Below, piece by piece: positions 29,011-38,421 of a DNA stretch of 64,000 nt; the stretch's first letter is position 1, and each line of letters starts with the position of its first letter. The position numbers and the translations under genes were made by a program. The stretch is from contig CAVUCU010000005.1 of assembly GCA_963740085.1 (NCBI GenBank), positions 416,001 to 480,000 of the forward strand, given 5' to 3'. This stretch comes from Nitrospirota bacterium (GTDB taxonomy: Bacteria > Nitrospirota > UBA9217). Under the pieces are notes generated by a model, which saw only the letters and a program-made list of their open reading frames with translations, ran no database searches and was not told the DNA's origin.

Positions 29011-31041
29011 TCACCTCGCCCCCTCAATTCCGGCGCTCTCCTTCGCCTCGGACGTATTCATCGCGCCAATCTCCCGGTCGAGTAGTTCCGCCTGCTCTCC
29101 AAGGGTCTTGAGCGCGACGGACATACCATCGACGCGAGTCACGTTCTGGCGCGGAAGGTCCTGGATCCGCGCCATGGACTCCAGAATCTGACCGATGGCC
29201 TGCCGCTGCTCACGGCCGCCCGCAGCGATCTTGCCGGCCCTCATGGTGACGTTATCGGCTGCCACCGCGATCTGCTTGCCACCCCGGCCCTGCTCAGCCA
29301 TGGCGGTCCGCACCTGACGCGCGATGGTGCGCATTTCCTCGGCAGCGCTCAGGATATTCTCCGTACCCCTGGTCTGGGCCTGGGTCGCCCCGGCTATCTG
29401 TTCCATCATCTGCTTGACGTTCATGACGGCCTCGCTTACCTGTTTGATGCCCCGGTGCTGCTCGTTCATGGCCCGTTCTATCATGGTGGCCATCTCCGCC
29501 GAGCGGTTCGAGCTCGCAAGGATCTTGTCCAGCGCAGCGCCGGCCTCCTGAGAACGCCGCACGCCTTCTTCCACGGCGGTGAGACTGCCCGACGTGGCGG
29601 TCACGGCCTCTTTGGCCTCGCGCTGCACCGAGGCGATGAGCTTCCCGATATCCTGGGCTGAGCCGGCGGTGCGGTCGGCCAGCGCCTTGATCTGCTCGGC
29701 CACGACGGCGAATCCCTTGCCGTGCTCGCCTGCCTGGGCCGCGAGGATGGATGCATTCAACGCAAGCAGGTTCGTGCGCTCCGTCACCTCGACGATCACG
29801 CCGAGGATCTTGCCGATCTCTTCCGAGCGCTTCCCGAGACTCGTGACCGTGTCGGCATACTTCCCGACCGTTTCTTTGATCGCATCAATGGCGCTGATGG
29901 TCGCATGAATGGACTTCACGCCGATGTCCTGCGCCTCCCGGGACACCTGCTGCGACAATCCGGTCGACTCCTTGGCAGCCCGCTCCACCTCCCGCACCGT
30001 GGCCTCGATCTGGACCGCCGAAGCCGAGGTCTCCTCGGCCGCCGAGGAAAGGCTCTCGACATGGCCGGCCACTTCGCGGATCGAAGCGATCATCTCGGCG
30101 ACCGACGTGGTCACGTCCTCGACCGACGAGGCGAGTTCGGACGTGTGGCTGGCGACCTCTTGATTGGAGGCGTTCATTTCGAGAATAGCTGATGACGTTT
30201 CTTCCGCCGAAACCGACAGGCTCTCAGCGCTTTCAGCAATGGACTGGATGGATGAAGACATCTCCGTAACCGATGAAGATACGCTCATCGTGGCCACGGA
30301 CTCAATTTCGGCATTTTTTTTGATCTCCAGCGCGTCCGACGTGATCGTCGGGCTCAACTCGCTGATCCGCGTGGAAATGGCGCTCATTGCAACGACGAAC
30401 TGCTCGAGATGCGCCATCAGGTCGTTTACGCTGTTCGCCAGGCCTCCAATCTCATCACGTCCCTGCATATCCACACGAAGGGTAAAGTCCTTTCGGTCGA
30501 TCACCTCTTTCAGCGCTTTGCTGAGTTCTCTGGCCGGCGTTGTAATGGTACGGGACACGGAGACGAACAGGATCCCCGCAAGAAAAACGAAGATAAAGAG
30601 ATATTCGTAGAGCGTTCCCGGGATAACGGCGCCGAGCCTGCCTTCCGGTGCCACTGGATATACGGCAAGGCGGACCTCGCCGAGCTTCATGGTGTCCTTG
30701 AGGACCGGCTGTGACCTTATGACGATCCGGTCCTTCTCCAAAACCGGCCTGGCGATGTGGATGAGCTCTCGTCCCTCGCCGTCGACAATGGTTATTTCCT
30801 GAGCAGTGGGCGCGTGGATGAAAGGTTCAGCCATGGTCTGGAGTCCGCTGAGATCCGACCTCAGCAGATAGGGCGCAGCCAGCTCAGCCATAAGCTTGCC
30901 GGACTGCTCGCCCTGGACGCGGACATCGGCAATGATGTCGCGCTTCTCAATAAAATACCGGGTCGTCCCTATCAACCCCATGATCACGAATAACCCCGAA
31001 AATACCAGAAAGATAAGTCTCTGTCTTATGCCACTACCCAC
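29011..31041 (-). CDS. Methyl-accepting chemotaxis protein
   Basis: [34 protein letters not shown]; 2 TM + HAMP. Confidence 0.95.
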   Translation of the reverse strand: MGSGIRQRLIFLVFSGLFVIMGLIGTTRYFIEKRDIIADVRVQGEQSGKLMAELAAPYLLRSDLSGLQTMAEPFIHAPTAQEITIVDGEGRELIHIARPVLEKDRIVIRSQPVLKDTMKLGEVRLAVYPVAPEGRLGAVIPGTLYEYLFIFVFLAGILFVSVSRTITTPARELSKALKEVIDRKDFTLRVDMQGRDEIGGLANSVNDLMAHLEQFVVAMSAISTRISELSPTITSDALEIKKNAEIESVATMSVSSSVTEMSSSIQSIAESAESLSVSAEETSSAILEMNASNQEVASHTSELASSVEDVTTSVAEMIASIREVAGHVESLSSAAEETSASAVQIEATVREVERAAKESTGLSQQVSREAQDIGVKSIHATISAIDAIKETVGKYADTVTSLGKRSEEIGKILGVIVEVTERTNLLALNASILAAQAGEHGKGFAVVAEQIKALADRTAGSAQDIGKLIASVQREAKEAVTATSGSLTAVEEGVRRSQEAGAALDKILASSNRSAEMATMIERAMNEQHRGIKQVSEAVMNVKQMMEQIAGATQAQTRGTENILSAAEEMRTIARQVRTAMAEQGRGGKQIAVAADNVTMRAGKIAAGGREQRQAIGQILESMARIQDLPRQNVTRVDGMSVALKTLGEQAELLDREIGAMNTSEAKESAGIEGAR

Positions 31042-31209
31042 AATTCCTCCTCTGTTCGATCAGAGCTCCGCGACAAACGAACGGAGATGATGCCGAGTCA
31101 CAATTTTTTGTCTGTTGTCTGCCTCTCGGATGCCCTGCCTGTTTGATCGCCTGCTCTTTGACCGTCTGTTGTCCTGAAGGCCTGAAGTCTGATCGGCAGT
31201 CATCAGCCC

Positions 31210-31372
31210 TCAGAGCTTAAAGCCATCCAGTTCCGGATGGAGCCTCTGCGTGCTGCTTGAATGTCTTCACGGCCTTCTCCTTTTCGATGGGTACATCCAC
31301 CGTGTCCCCGGTGATCCTCTGAATGCGGGTCATGGCATCGCTGAGATTCTTTACGGACTCTCGCAGATTCAT
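31210..31372 (-). pseudogene. Internally deleted MCP remnant (start + C-terminal tail only)
   Basis: ATG overlaps the SBP stop (ATGA). It reads MNLRESVKNLSDAMTRIQRITGDTVDVPIEKEKAVKTFKQHAE, then after a frameshift LHPELDGFKL*, matching the end of MCP 32412-34508 (RDAMSRIQKITKETVDVSSEMDVAVKELKQKADTLQSELKGFKF). Confidence 0.8.
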
Positions 31373-32295
31373 TTGATGACCTTCGTTGCATCTGTGATCA
31401 GATCAAACGGCACCTTGATTCCGAGCGCTCCCGCCTCCCTGAGGTTCAGCACCAGTTCCACCTGTTTCGGGAACTCCACCGGCATGCCCTTGGGGTTCTC
31501 ACCCCTCAGTATCCGCGCGGCGATCTGCGCCGCCGCCGCCCCCTGCTCCGTCGCGCTCGGCGCAAGGCTGAGGATCACCCCGTGTTCTGCCGTGCCGCCG
31601 GTCTGGCTGATCGTAAGGACCTTTGCGTCGTGCGCGGTTTTCACCATAACGTCAATCGCCTCATTCACCACCGCGCTTACCGAGATAAACACCGCGTCCA
31701 CCTTTCCCGTGAACACCAGCTTCCTGGCATCTTCCGCCCTCTTGACCGGCATTTTGACCGTCTGGAACCCGTACTGGCCCTCAAGCCGCGTCAGTTCGTT
31801 CGCCTGCAGCACCGAACCGGGCTCCGGCTCACTGTAAACGACGGCAAGCCTGGTAAAGGGCGTGATCTTCCTTGCATACTTCAGCAGGCTTGCCATCGGC
31901 ACAGCGGAGCTGATACCGGTGACATTCTTGGCCGAGACGCCCACTGCGTTCGGATCGTAGACTCCGGCGAAGACGATCGGAATGCCTTTCGCCTCCCTGA
32001 TCGCAGCCAATGCGGCGGGCGCGCCGTAGGTCACCAGCACGTTCACCTCGGCAACCGCCATCTTGTGTGCCGCATTCGTCCAGGACAGTGGGTCAGGGGA
32101 CGGCATCTGCAGGAAGGTGTCGACCTTGGTCTGATCGAACCCCTCCTTTACCAGTGCCATCACGAAGGCCTTATGCATTTCCTGATACTGTCCGATATTC
32201 CCCGACATAATTACACCCACGGTCCTCTCAGCCGCCGCGACCGGGGCAGCGAAGCAGAGGAGCACTGCAAATACTATCCAACTCCGTTGTCTCAT
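31369..32295 (-). CDS. Periplasmic substrate-binding protein (ABC_sub_bind-like), copy 2
   Basis: Signal peptide (..APVAAA); IPIVFAGVYDP, NVTGISS, QG..AAQIAARILRGENPKGMPV and LVLNLREA..LGIKVP motifs. Confidence 0.85.
   Translation of the reverse strand: MRQRSWIVFAVLLCFAAPVAAAERTVGVIMSGNIGQYQEMHKAFVMALVKEGFDQTKVDTFLQMPSPDPLSWTNAAHKMAVAEVNVLVTYGAPAALAAIREAKGIPIVFAGVYDPNAVGVSAKNVTGISSAVPMASLLKYARKITPFTRLAVVYSEPEPGSVLQANELTRLEGQYGFQTVKMPVKRAEDARKLVFTGKVDAVFISVSAVVNEAIDVMVKTAHDAKVLTISQTGGTAEHGVILSLAPSATEQGAAAAQIAARILRGENPKGMPVEFPKQVELVLNLREAGALGIKVPFDLITDATKVIK
31428..31807. repeat. ~380 bp exact direct repeat, copy 2
   Basis: Identical by eye to 34564-34943 (offset 3136). Confidence 0.85.
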
Positions 32296-32411
32296 AATCC
32301 CTCAAGCTATCATTTCACATAATAGTGGTTGGAAAAGGCTTACACCTCGACATTCGGATCTTTCACTGTCCCTCGAGGTCGATACTGGTCACTTTCACGA
32401 ATCCCGGGTGT

Positions 32412-34508
32412 TTAGAACTTGAAACCTTTCAGCTCCGACTGGAGCGTGTCAGCTTTCTGCTTGAGCTCCTTCACAGCCACGTCCATCTCACTTGACACAT
32501 CCACGGTTTCCTTGGTGATCTTCTGAATGCGGCTCATGGCATCTCTGATCAACTGCGCTCCCAGACTCTGCTCCGAGGTGGAGCGGGCGACCTGAGACGC
32601 CTGCGCAGTAACGGATTCAAGGGCATTCGCGATCTGCCTGCTGCCCGTGGTCTGCTCCCGGGTAGCGGACCTCACCTGCCGGGTGATGTCACGCATCCGC
32701 TCCGCCGCCTGTACGATCCGTTCGCTCCCTTTGCGCTGTTCCTGTAACGCGCTGGCGATCTGCTCCAGCTGTTCCGAAATACTGAGGGAGGTCTCGGTGA
32801 TCTGCGCTACACCCTTGGCCTGTTCCGCCGTGGTCTTTTCGATGGCCCGCGCCATGCTCGCGGACTGCCGCGAGCTGTCCGCTACCTGTTCGAGCACGTT
32901 ACTGGTCTCATTCACCAGATCAACGCCGCGCTCGACTGCCTTGAGCCCTCTGCCCATTGCCTGCACGCTCTCGGCGGTCTCTTCCTGAACCGATGCGATG
33001 AGGCCGGCGATCTCCTGAGTGGATGCGGCAGTACGCTCCGCAAGGTCCTTGATCTCCTCGGCAACGACCGCGAACCCCTTGCCGTGCTCACCGGCCTGCG
33101 ACGCGAGAATGGCTGCGTTCAGGGCCAGCAGGCTGGTCTGGTCCGTCACTTCATCGATGACCTTCAATATCTGTCCGATCTCGTGCGACCGCTTCCCAAG
33201 ACGGTTCACCACCGTAGCGGTCGCCTCGACGGTCTCCTTGATGTTCTGCATGCCTTTGATCGCTTCCTTGGCGGCGGTTATTCCGCGCTCCGAGGCGTCA
33301 AGAGCGACTTTTTCCGCCAGGCTGGCCGATTCGACGGCGCGTTGTTCGACCTCCTTTACCGTTGAGCTCATCTCGGTAATGGATGATGAGGTCTGCTCCG
33401 CTGATGCGGAAAGCGCGTCGGTATTCTCCGACACTTGCTTGATCGAGGCGATCATCTCCTCGATCGATAACGCCGTATCTTCAGCGGCTGCTGCAAGCGC
33501 CCCCGAATTACTGGATACCTCTTCGATCGACGATGCCATCTCTGTTGCCGAGGACGACGCGTCCGTGGCGGACCTGGACATCTCCCCGGCGTTCTCGGCA
33601 ATGCCCTTGTTCGACGCGACCAGCTCATTCACGGTCGTCGCGGTCTGCTCGGTCCCTTCCTGCTGCACCCTGGCGCCCTCACTCATCTTGACCGTGGCGC
33701 CGCTCATGAGTTTCATGGCGTCGGCCAGCCCCGTACCCGTCGATATGATCTTGCCGAGCATCTCCCGGAGGTTCGACGACATCGTATTAATGGCGCGGCC
33801 AAGTTGGGCGATCTCGGTCTCCCCCTTGACGGCAAGCTCCCTTGAGAGGTCCCCCGCCGCCATCAGGCGTGCGGTCTGCAACATCTCGATGATGGGCCTC
33901 GTGATCCCCCGATCAATGAAAAAAGACACCAGGACAACAGCGGCCAGATAACTGATGAACCCCACGACAAGGGACCAGAGAAGCAGGCTCCTGACCTGAC
34001 TGTTCACGGCCTTCTCGGCGAGCGCTATCCGGAAGACGCCGATCTTTTTTCCGTCCGGCGCCTCGAGGGGAATGACCTTTTCATAATGTCCCCCTCTCTT
34101 ATTGGAATAGTACTGCACCATAGGCTCGTTCGCGGCAAGGGCCTTCTTTCCCGACTCATCGCCCGGAACGGTGTTCTCAAGGCTCCGGTCGGCGGCGTAA
34201 AGCACCTTGCCATCGGCGTCCATGATCATCACGCTTGAGAGATCGCGGTCTGTTCCCATCATCGCCCGCAGCTTGTCACCCATCCCGTCGAGCGCGCTCA
34301 ACGGGATACCGAATCCGATTGCCTTTGCGATGTCCTTCCGGGTCCCCTCCGCGAGAGCGGCGGTCCGCGCAATGAGCGCGTCACGATATTTGCTCGTGGC
34401 CACGGAGATATTGACGAACGTATTTACGGCTATAACCAGAAAGAGGATGACGGCGGTGGCCACCATGGCCCGCGTTTTGAGGTTCATGGATGATAATCGT
34501 ATTTTCAT
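32412..34508 (-). CDS. Methyl-accepting chemotaxis protein (single-Cache-like sensor, ~64-heptad signalling domain)
   Basis: [34 protein letters not shown]; about 448 aa follow the HAMP domain. Confidence 0.95.
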   Translation of the reverse strand: MKIRLSSMNLKTRAMVATAVILFLVIAVNTFVNISVATSKYRDALIARTAALAEGTRKDIAKAIGFGIPLSALDGMGDKLRAMMGTDRDLSSVMIMDADGKVLYAADRSLENTVPGDESGKKALAANEPMVQYYSNKRGGHYEKVIPLEAPDGKKIGVFRIALAEKAVNSQVRSLLLWSLVVGFISYLAAVVLVSFFIDRGITRPIIEMLQTARLMAAGDLSRELAVKGETEIAQLGRAINTMSSNLREMLGKIISTGTGLADAMKLMSGATVKMSEGARVQQEGTEQTATTVNELVASNKGIAENAGEMSRSATDASSSATEMASSIEEVSSNSGALAAAAEDTALSIEEMIASIKQVSENTDALSASAEQTSSSITEMSSTVKEVEQRAVESASLAEKVALDASERGITAAKEAIKGMQNIKETVEATATVVNRLGKRSHEIGQILKVIDEVTDQTSLLALNAAILASQAGEHGKGFAVVAEEIKDLAERTAASTQEIAGLIASVQEETAESVQAMGRGLKAVERGVDLVNETSNVLEQVADSSRQSASMARAIEKTTAEQAKGVAQITETSLSISEQLEQIASALQEQRKGSERIVQAAERMRDITRQVRSATREQTTGSRQIANALESVTAQASQVARSTSEQSLGAQLIRDAMSRIQKITKETVDVSSEMDVAVKELKQKADTLQSELKGFKF

Positions 34509-35437
34509 TTGAGCACCCTCGTTGCATCCGTGATCAGATCAAACGGCACCTTGATTCCGAGCTCTCCCGCCTCCCTGAGGTTCAGCACCAGTTCCACCTG
34601 TTTCGGGAACTCCACCGGCATGCCCTTGGGGTTCTCACCCCTCAGTATCCGCGCGGCGATCTGCGCCGCCGCCGCCCCCTGCTCCGTCGCGCTCGGCGCA
34701 AGGCTGAGGATCACCCCGTGTTCTGCCGTGCCGCCGGTCTGGCTGATCGTAAGGACCTTTGCGTCGTGCGCGGTTTTCACCATAACGTCAATCGCCTCAT
34801 TCACCACCGCGCTTACCGAGATAAACACCGCGTCCACCTTTCCCGTGAACACCAGCTTCCTGGCATCTTCCGCCCTCTTGACCGGCATTTTGACCGTCTG
34901 GAACCCGTACTGGCCCTCAAGCCGCGTCAGTTCGTTCGCCTGCCGAACCGAATCGGGCTCCTGCTCACTGTAAACGACGGCAAGCCTGGTAAAGGGCGTG
35001 ATCTTTTTTGCATACTTCAACAGGCTCGCTATGGGCACGGCGGAGCTGATACCGGTGACATTCTTGGCCGAGACGCCCACTGCGCTCGGATCATAGACTC
35101 CGGCGAAGACGATCGGAATGCCTTTCGTATCCCTGATCGCAGCCAGGGCTGCGGGCGCGCCGTAGGTCACCAGCACGTTCACCTCGGCAACCGCCAGCCT
35201 GCGCGCCGCATTCGTCCATGACATCGGGTCAGGGGAAGGCATCTGCAGCAACGTGTCGACCGTACGATGGTCAAATCCCTCTTTTACGAGGGCGGCCTCA
35301 AATGCCTTGTGTATTTCCTGATAGTATCCGATGTTGCCCGACATGACCACACCCAGGGTCTTATCCGCTGCGGGGACCGGGGTCGCCACTAAGAGCAACA
35401 CGGCGATCAGTATCCCTTGCATTCGTCTCATGGCCAT
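34505..35437 (-). CDS. Periplasmic substrate-binding protein (ABC_sub_bind-like), copy 1
   Basis: Signal peptide; paralog of 31369-32295; stop overlaps the MCP start (ATGA). Confidence 0.85.
   Translation of the reverse strand: MAMRRMQGILIAVLLLVATPVPAADKTLGVVMSGNIGYYQEIHKAFEAALVKEGFDHRTVDTLLQMPSPDPMSWTNAARRLAVAEVNVLVTYGAPAALAAIRDTKGIPIVFAGVYDPSAVGVSAKNVTGISSAVPIASLLKYAKKITPFTRLAVVYSEQEPDSVRQANELTRLEGQYGFQTVKMPVKRAEDARKLVFTGKVDAVFISVSAVVNEAIDVMVKTAHDAKVLTISQTGGTAEHGVILSLAPSATEQGAAAAQIAARILRGENPKGMPVEFPKQVELVLNLREAGELGIKVPFDLITDATRVLK
34564..34943. repeat. ~380 bp exact direct repeat, copy 1
   Basis: Identical by eye to 31428-31807. Confidence 0.85.
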
Positions 35438-35442
35438 TCCCT

Positions 35443-37371
35443 CTACCATTTAAAGGCCATGGTGGCCAGTAAGATATTGACCCTGCCGTCCTGAGTATTA
35501 TCGATCTTGTCGTCATAGCGACGCTGTTGATATCGGAGATCGCCGCTCATGCGTTTTCCGAACTGCATTTCCAAACCCACGGTATAAATGTCCTCGACGA
35601 CATTCAGATCGGAAATGGTGTCGATGTCCGTGGTGTTGGGAACAGAACCATCAATTCTGAAGTTGCCCTTGGAGTAGATTTTATTTGCATCTGCGCTCAA
35701 CGTTATGCCCTCTCCGAATGCCTGGCTCACGGACAGCGAGAAGACCTCCGCTTTATCCCCGTAGGGCACGCCGTTCTCCAGGTTGAACATTCCTGCCGCA
35801 TCCGTGAAGCTGAGGGTTTCCGTTGTTTTATTTTTCAAGTATAAGAAGCTCCCCGTAATAGAGGTGCCGTCGCCCACCAGAAAAGTGACGCTGCTGAGCG
35901 CCTGGTCGCGGTCGGACTTTCGACTGCCTCCGGCAAGCGGCGCCGCCAGATCGTCACGTTTTTCCCGGACCCCGCCATAGCTCGCCAGCGCGATGATATG
36001 CGCGGTAGGCGTCCAGGTTGCTGTGGCCTTTGCTTGATTGACCCTGTCCGGATCATCCGCATATGCCGGATTCGTGATCTGCATGGCGCTGTAGTCGGCC
36101 CTCAGGAAAAGCTTGCTCATGACCCGGTAGGTAATGCCGATCTTCTCGGCACTTTTCAGGGTGTGGTGGGCGACTTCCCAGTTATTCGGCCCGGTCCCTG
36201 TCGACACAGGAAACAACTCGATTGGCATTAAATCCGCGCCATGCCACACATCGCGCTCGACTGTATCAACCGTATATTCAGCCTTGGCCGTCATCCTCTC
36301 GCTCAGTCGGTACCGAATAACGCCGGACATGACATCTCTCTGCGATGAAATGGAATCGCGTACGCTATAGGTAGCCCCAAGACCCGTGAGCGTAACCGTG
36401 TCCGGGTTATTGACGCTAAGATCATAATGACGAAACTTGAGGGCGAGCACCAACCCCGCAACAGGTGTAAGCGTCAGATCGGCTGCCGCGTTATGAAAAT
36501 TGGCTTTTGTACCGCTGTCCTCATTCTTCTTCTCCCCGGATGAATAGGTGGCTCCGGCGACTAACCGGCCGGTGAGCGAAGTGTGGACCTTCACGGTGTC
36601 GGATGAGGATTTGAGGTCGGGGACCAGGTTGTGCGGAACGGTGAAGAGGGCGTAGTCGTCGTAGAGAACCCGGTCAACGCCGCGGGATTCAAATTTCTTT
36701 TCCGCATGGCTGTAATCGAACTCAACGGGTCCCAAGTGGCTGTTGACGCCCATACGGACCTCCCGCGTGCCCCAGTCGATGTCCCGCGACTGCGAAACCA
36801 GGTCAAGACCGCCGGTAAAACCGCGCATGAATCGCTGCTGGATGGTCCCCTCTCGCTCAAGGGTCGTCACGTCTGCGTACAAGTGGAAGGGGAAGTCGGG
36901 TGTCTTGAAGCGGATGAACGCCCTTTTTAACTCGTTCTCGACCGCATACTGATCATCCGGGTTCAGGTCAACAAAGCTCGGCGACGGCGTCGTCAAATTA
37001 TCCGGCCCGAACGTGTAGTGTTCAAGGTTATGGTACATCCCGCGCGTGTACATGTTGAACAGCACGACGTCCCGAAAAGCGTAATTCATTTCGCCGAAAT
37101 AATCCTTTCGATTTAGATAATAGGATTCCAGAGAGAGACGTTGCGGGAGGGGAGTCCATTCGAGGTCGAGTGCGCCGCCGGCCGACGACTTGAGATACTC
37201 GTATTCTCCTGCACGAGGATTGCGGTCAGGTGACACGTTGCTGTAGCCTGCACTGATCCGTGCGTTGAATTCCTCCAGCGATTCCGGGGTCTGCTCGTCC
37301 GCCGCCTGCTGTGCCGCGGCCGGGAAGGCCCAGAGCATAAGAAACAACAGAATGATCATGTTCTTTTTCAT
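35443..37371 (-). CDS. MtrB/PioB-like outer-membrane beta-barrel of a porin-cytochrome complex
   Basis: Sec signal (AFPAAA), RAGEYEYL near the N-terminus, alternating amphipathic strands and C-terminal ..MAFKW; immediately follows a decaheme cytochrome gene. Confidence 0.8.
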   Translation of the reverse strand: MKKNMIILLFLMLWAFPAAAQQAADEQTPESLEEFNARISAGYSNVSPDRNPRAGEYEYLKSSAGGALDLEWTPLPQRLSLESYYLNRKDYFGEMNYAFRDVVLFNMYTRGMYHNLEHYTFGPDNLTTPSPSFVDLNPDDQYAVENELKRAFIRFKTPDFPFHLYADVTTLEREGTIQQRFMRGFTGGLDLVSQSRDIDWGTREVRMGVNSHLGPVEFDYSHAEKKFESRGVDRVLYDDYALFTVPHNLVPDLKSSSDTVKVHTSLTGRLVAGATYSSGEKKNEDSGTKANFHNAAADLTLTPVAGLVLALKFRHYDLSVNNPDTVTLTGLGATYSVRDSISSQRDVMSGVIRYRLSERMTAKAEYTVDTVERDVWHGADLMPIELFPVSTGTGPNNWEVAHHTLKSAEKIGITYRVMSKLFLRADYSAMQITNPAYADDPDRVNQAKATATWTPTAHIIALASYGGVREKRDDLAAPLAGGSRKSDRDQALSSVTFLVGDGTSITGSFLYLKNKTTETLSFTDAAGMFNLENGVPYGDKAEVFSLSVSQAFGEGITLSADANKIYSKGNFRIDGSVPNTTDIDTISDLNVVEDIYTVGLEMQFGKRMSGDLRYQQRRYDDKIDNTQDGRVNILLATMAFKW

Positions 37372-37383
37372 GTTCGAGCCTCC

Positions 37384-38391
37384 TTATTGTGTGAACCTGC
37401 CCTTGCCGCTCGGCGAAGGCAGGTCCGTACCGTGTATCTGTGAATGACAGTCCGAGCACCGGGTATAGTACGCCTGCTTGGTCTCTGCGGTCGTCGCGCC
37501 GCTGATCCGGTGAGAAGGGTGACACTGCAGGCAGAGAAACGGCTCGCGCAGAATGAGCAGGTTATTATTCACCGAGCCGTGCGGGGCATGACACGCGCGA
37601 CAGTCCTCATTGATGTCCGCATGGTCATACACGAATGGGCCTTCCTTTTCCGGATGGCACTGCGTGCAGGTGGCTTTCACCGTGTCCTTCTTCAGGTTTT
37701 TTTCGGCGCTGCCCCCATGCGGGTCATGGCAGTCAGTGCAGAATATCTTCTTCTCCGGCACCGGATGATGGTTCGGCAGCAGGAAAGCGGCTTTAATATC
37801 CTCGTGGCACTTCTCGCACATTGCAGCCGTGTCCCTGAGCTTCACCTTCAGGTTGTGGCTCCCGTGGATCTTATGACAATCGGAACAAGACACCTCGGCC
37901 AATGAGTGCGTGCTTGCGTTCCAGTTGTGCAGGTTAAAGGTTGCGTTTGCTGAGTGGCATTTAAGGCAGATGAGCGACTTGGCCTGCGCCGGCAGCGTAT
38001 TCAAGTCAAGGAATGTCTTGAAGTCGCACGCGGTCTTCTTGCCGGCCGCCGCATCGGCTGCGATCCTCTCGGGCGTCAGCGGCTGTACGGCGAGGCTCCC
38101 CGGGCCGTGACAGCTCTCGCAATTCACGAGCGGCAGGCCGGACTCTCTCGACAGCTGCGCACCCATGGTCGAGAGATCGAAATCCCGCCTGATCTTGTCG
38201 TGGACATGGCAGGCCTTGAGGCAGTTGTCCGTGCCGATATAGTCCGCGTCCAGCCGCCCGGCTATCATCTTTTCGTACTCTTTCATCGGCAGGATCGGCC
38301 TCGATTCCTTGAGCGCCGCACACCCCACTGCAAAGAAGGCCCCGAGCATTCCAATTGCCAGCCATTTTTTCCATTTCTCGAATTGTTCCAT
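37384..38391 (-). CDS. MtrA/DmsE-like decaheme c-type cytochrome, probable lipoprotein
   Basis: 9 CxxCH + 1 CxxxCH (CLKACH); MtrA-like CESCHGPGS, HHPV.E, CTDCHDPHG, EKEGPFVYDH and CSDCHSQIHG; FAVGC lipobox. Confidence 0.9.
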   Translation of the reverse strand: MEQFEKWKKWLAIGMLGAFFAVGCAALKESRPILPMKEYEKMIAGRLDADYIGTDNCLKACHVHDKIRRDFDLSTMGAQLSRESGLPLVNCESCHGPGSLAVQPLTPERIAADAAAGKKTACDFKTFLDLNTLPAQAKSLICLKCHSANATFNLHNWNASTHSLAEVSCSDCHKIHGSHNLKVKLRDTAAMCEKCHEDIKAAFLLPNHHPVPEKKIFCTDCHDPHGGSAEKNLKKDTVKATCTQCHPEKEGPFVYDHADINEDCRACHAPHGSVNNNLLILREPFLCLQCHPSHRISGATTAETKQAYYTRCSDCHSQIHGTDLPSPSGKGRFTQ

Positions 38392-38421
38392 GTATCTTAA
38401 CCTCCATCGCTTCAGTGTGAG

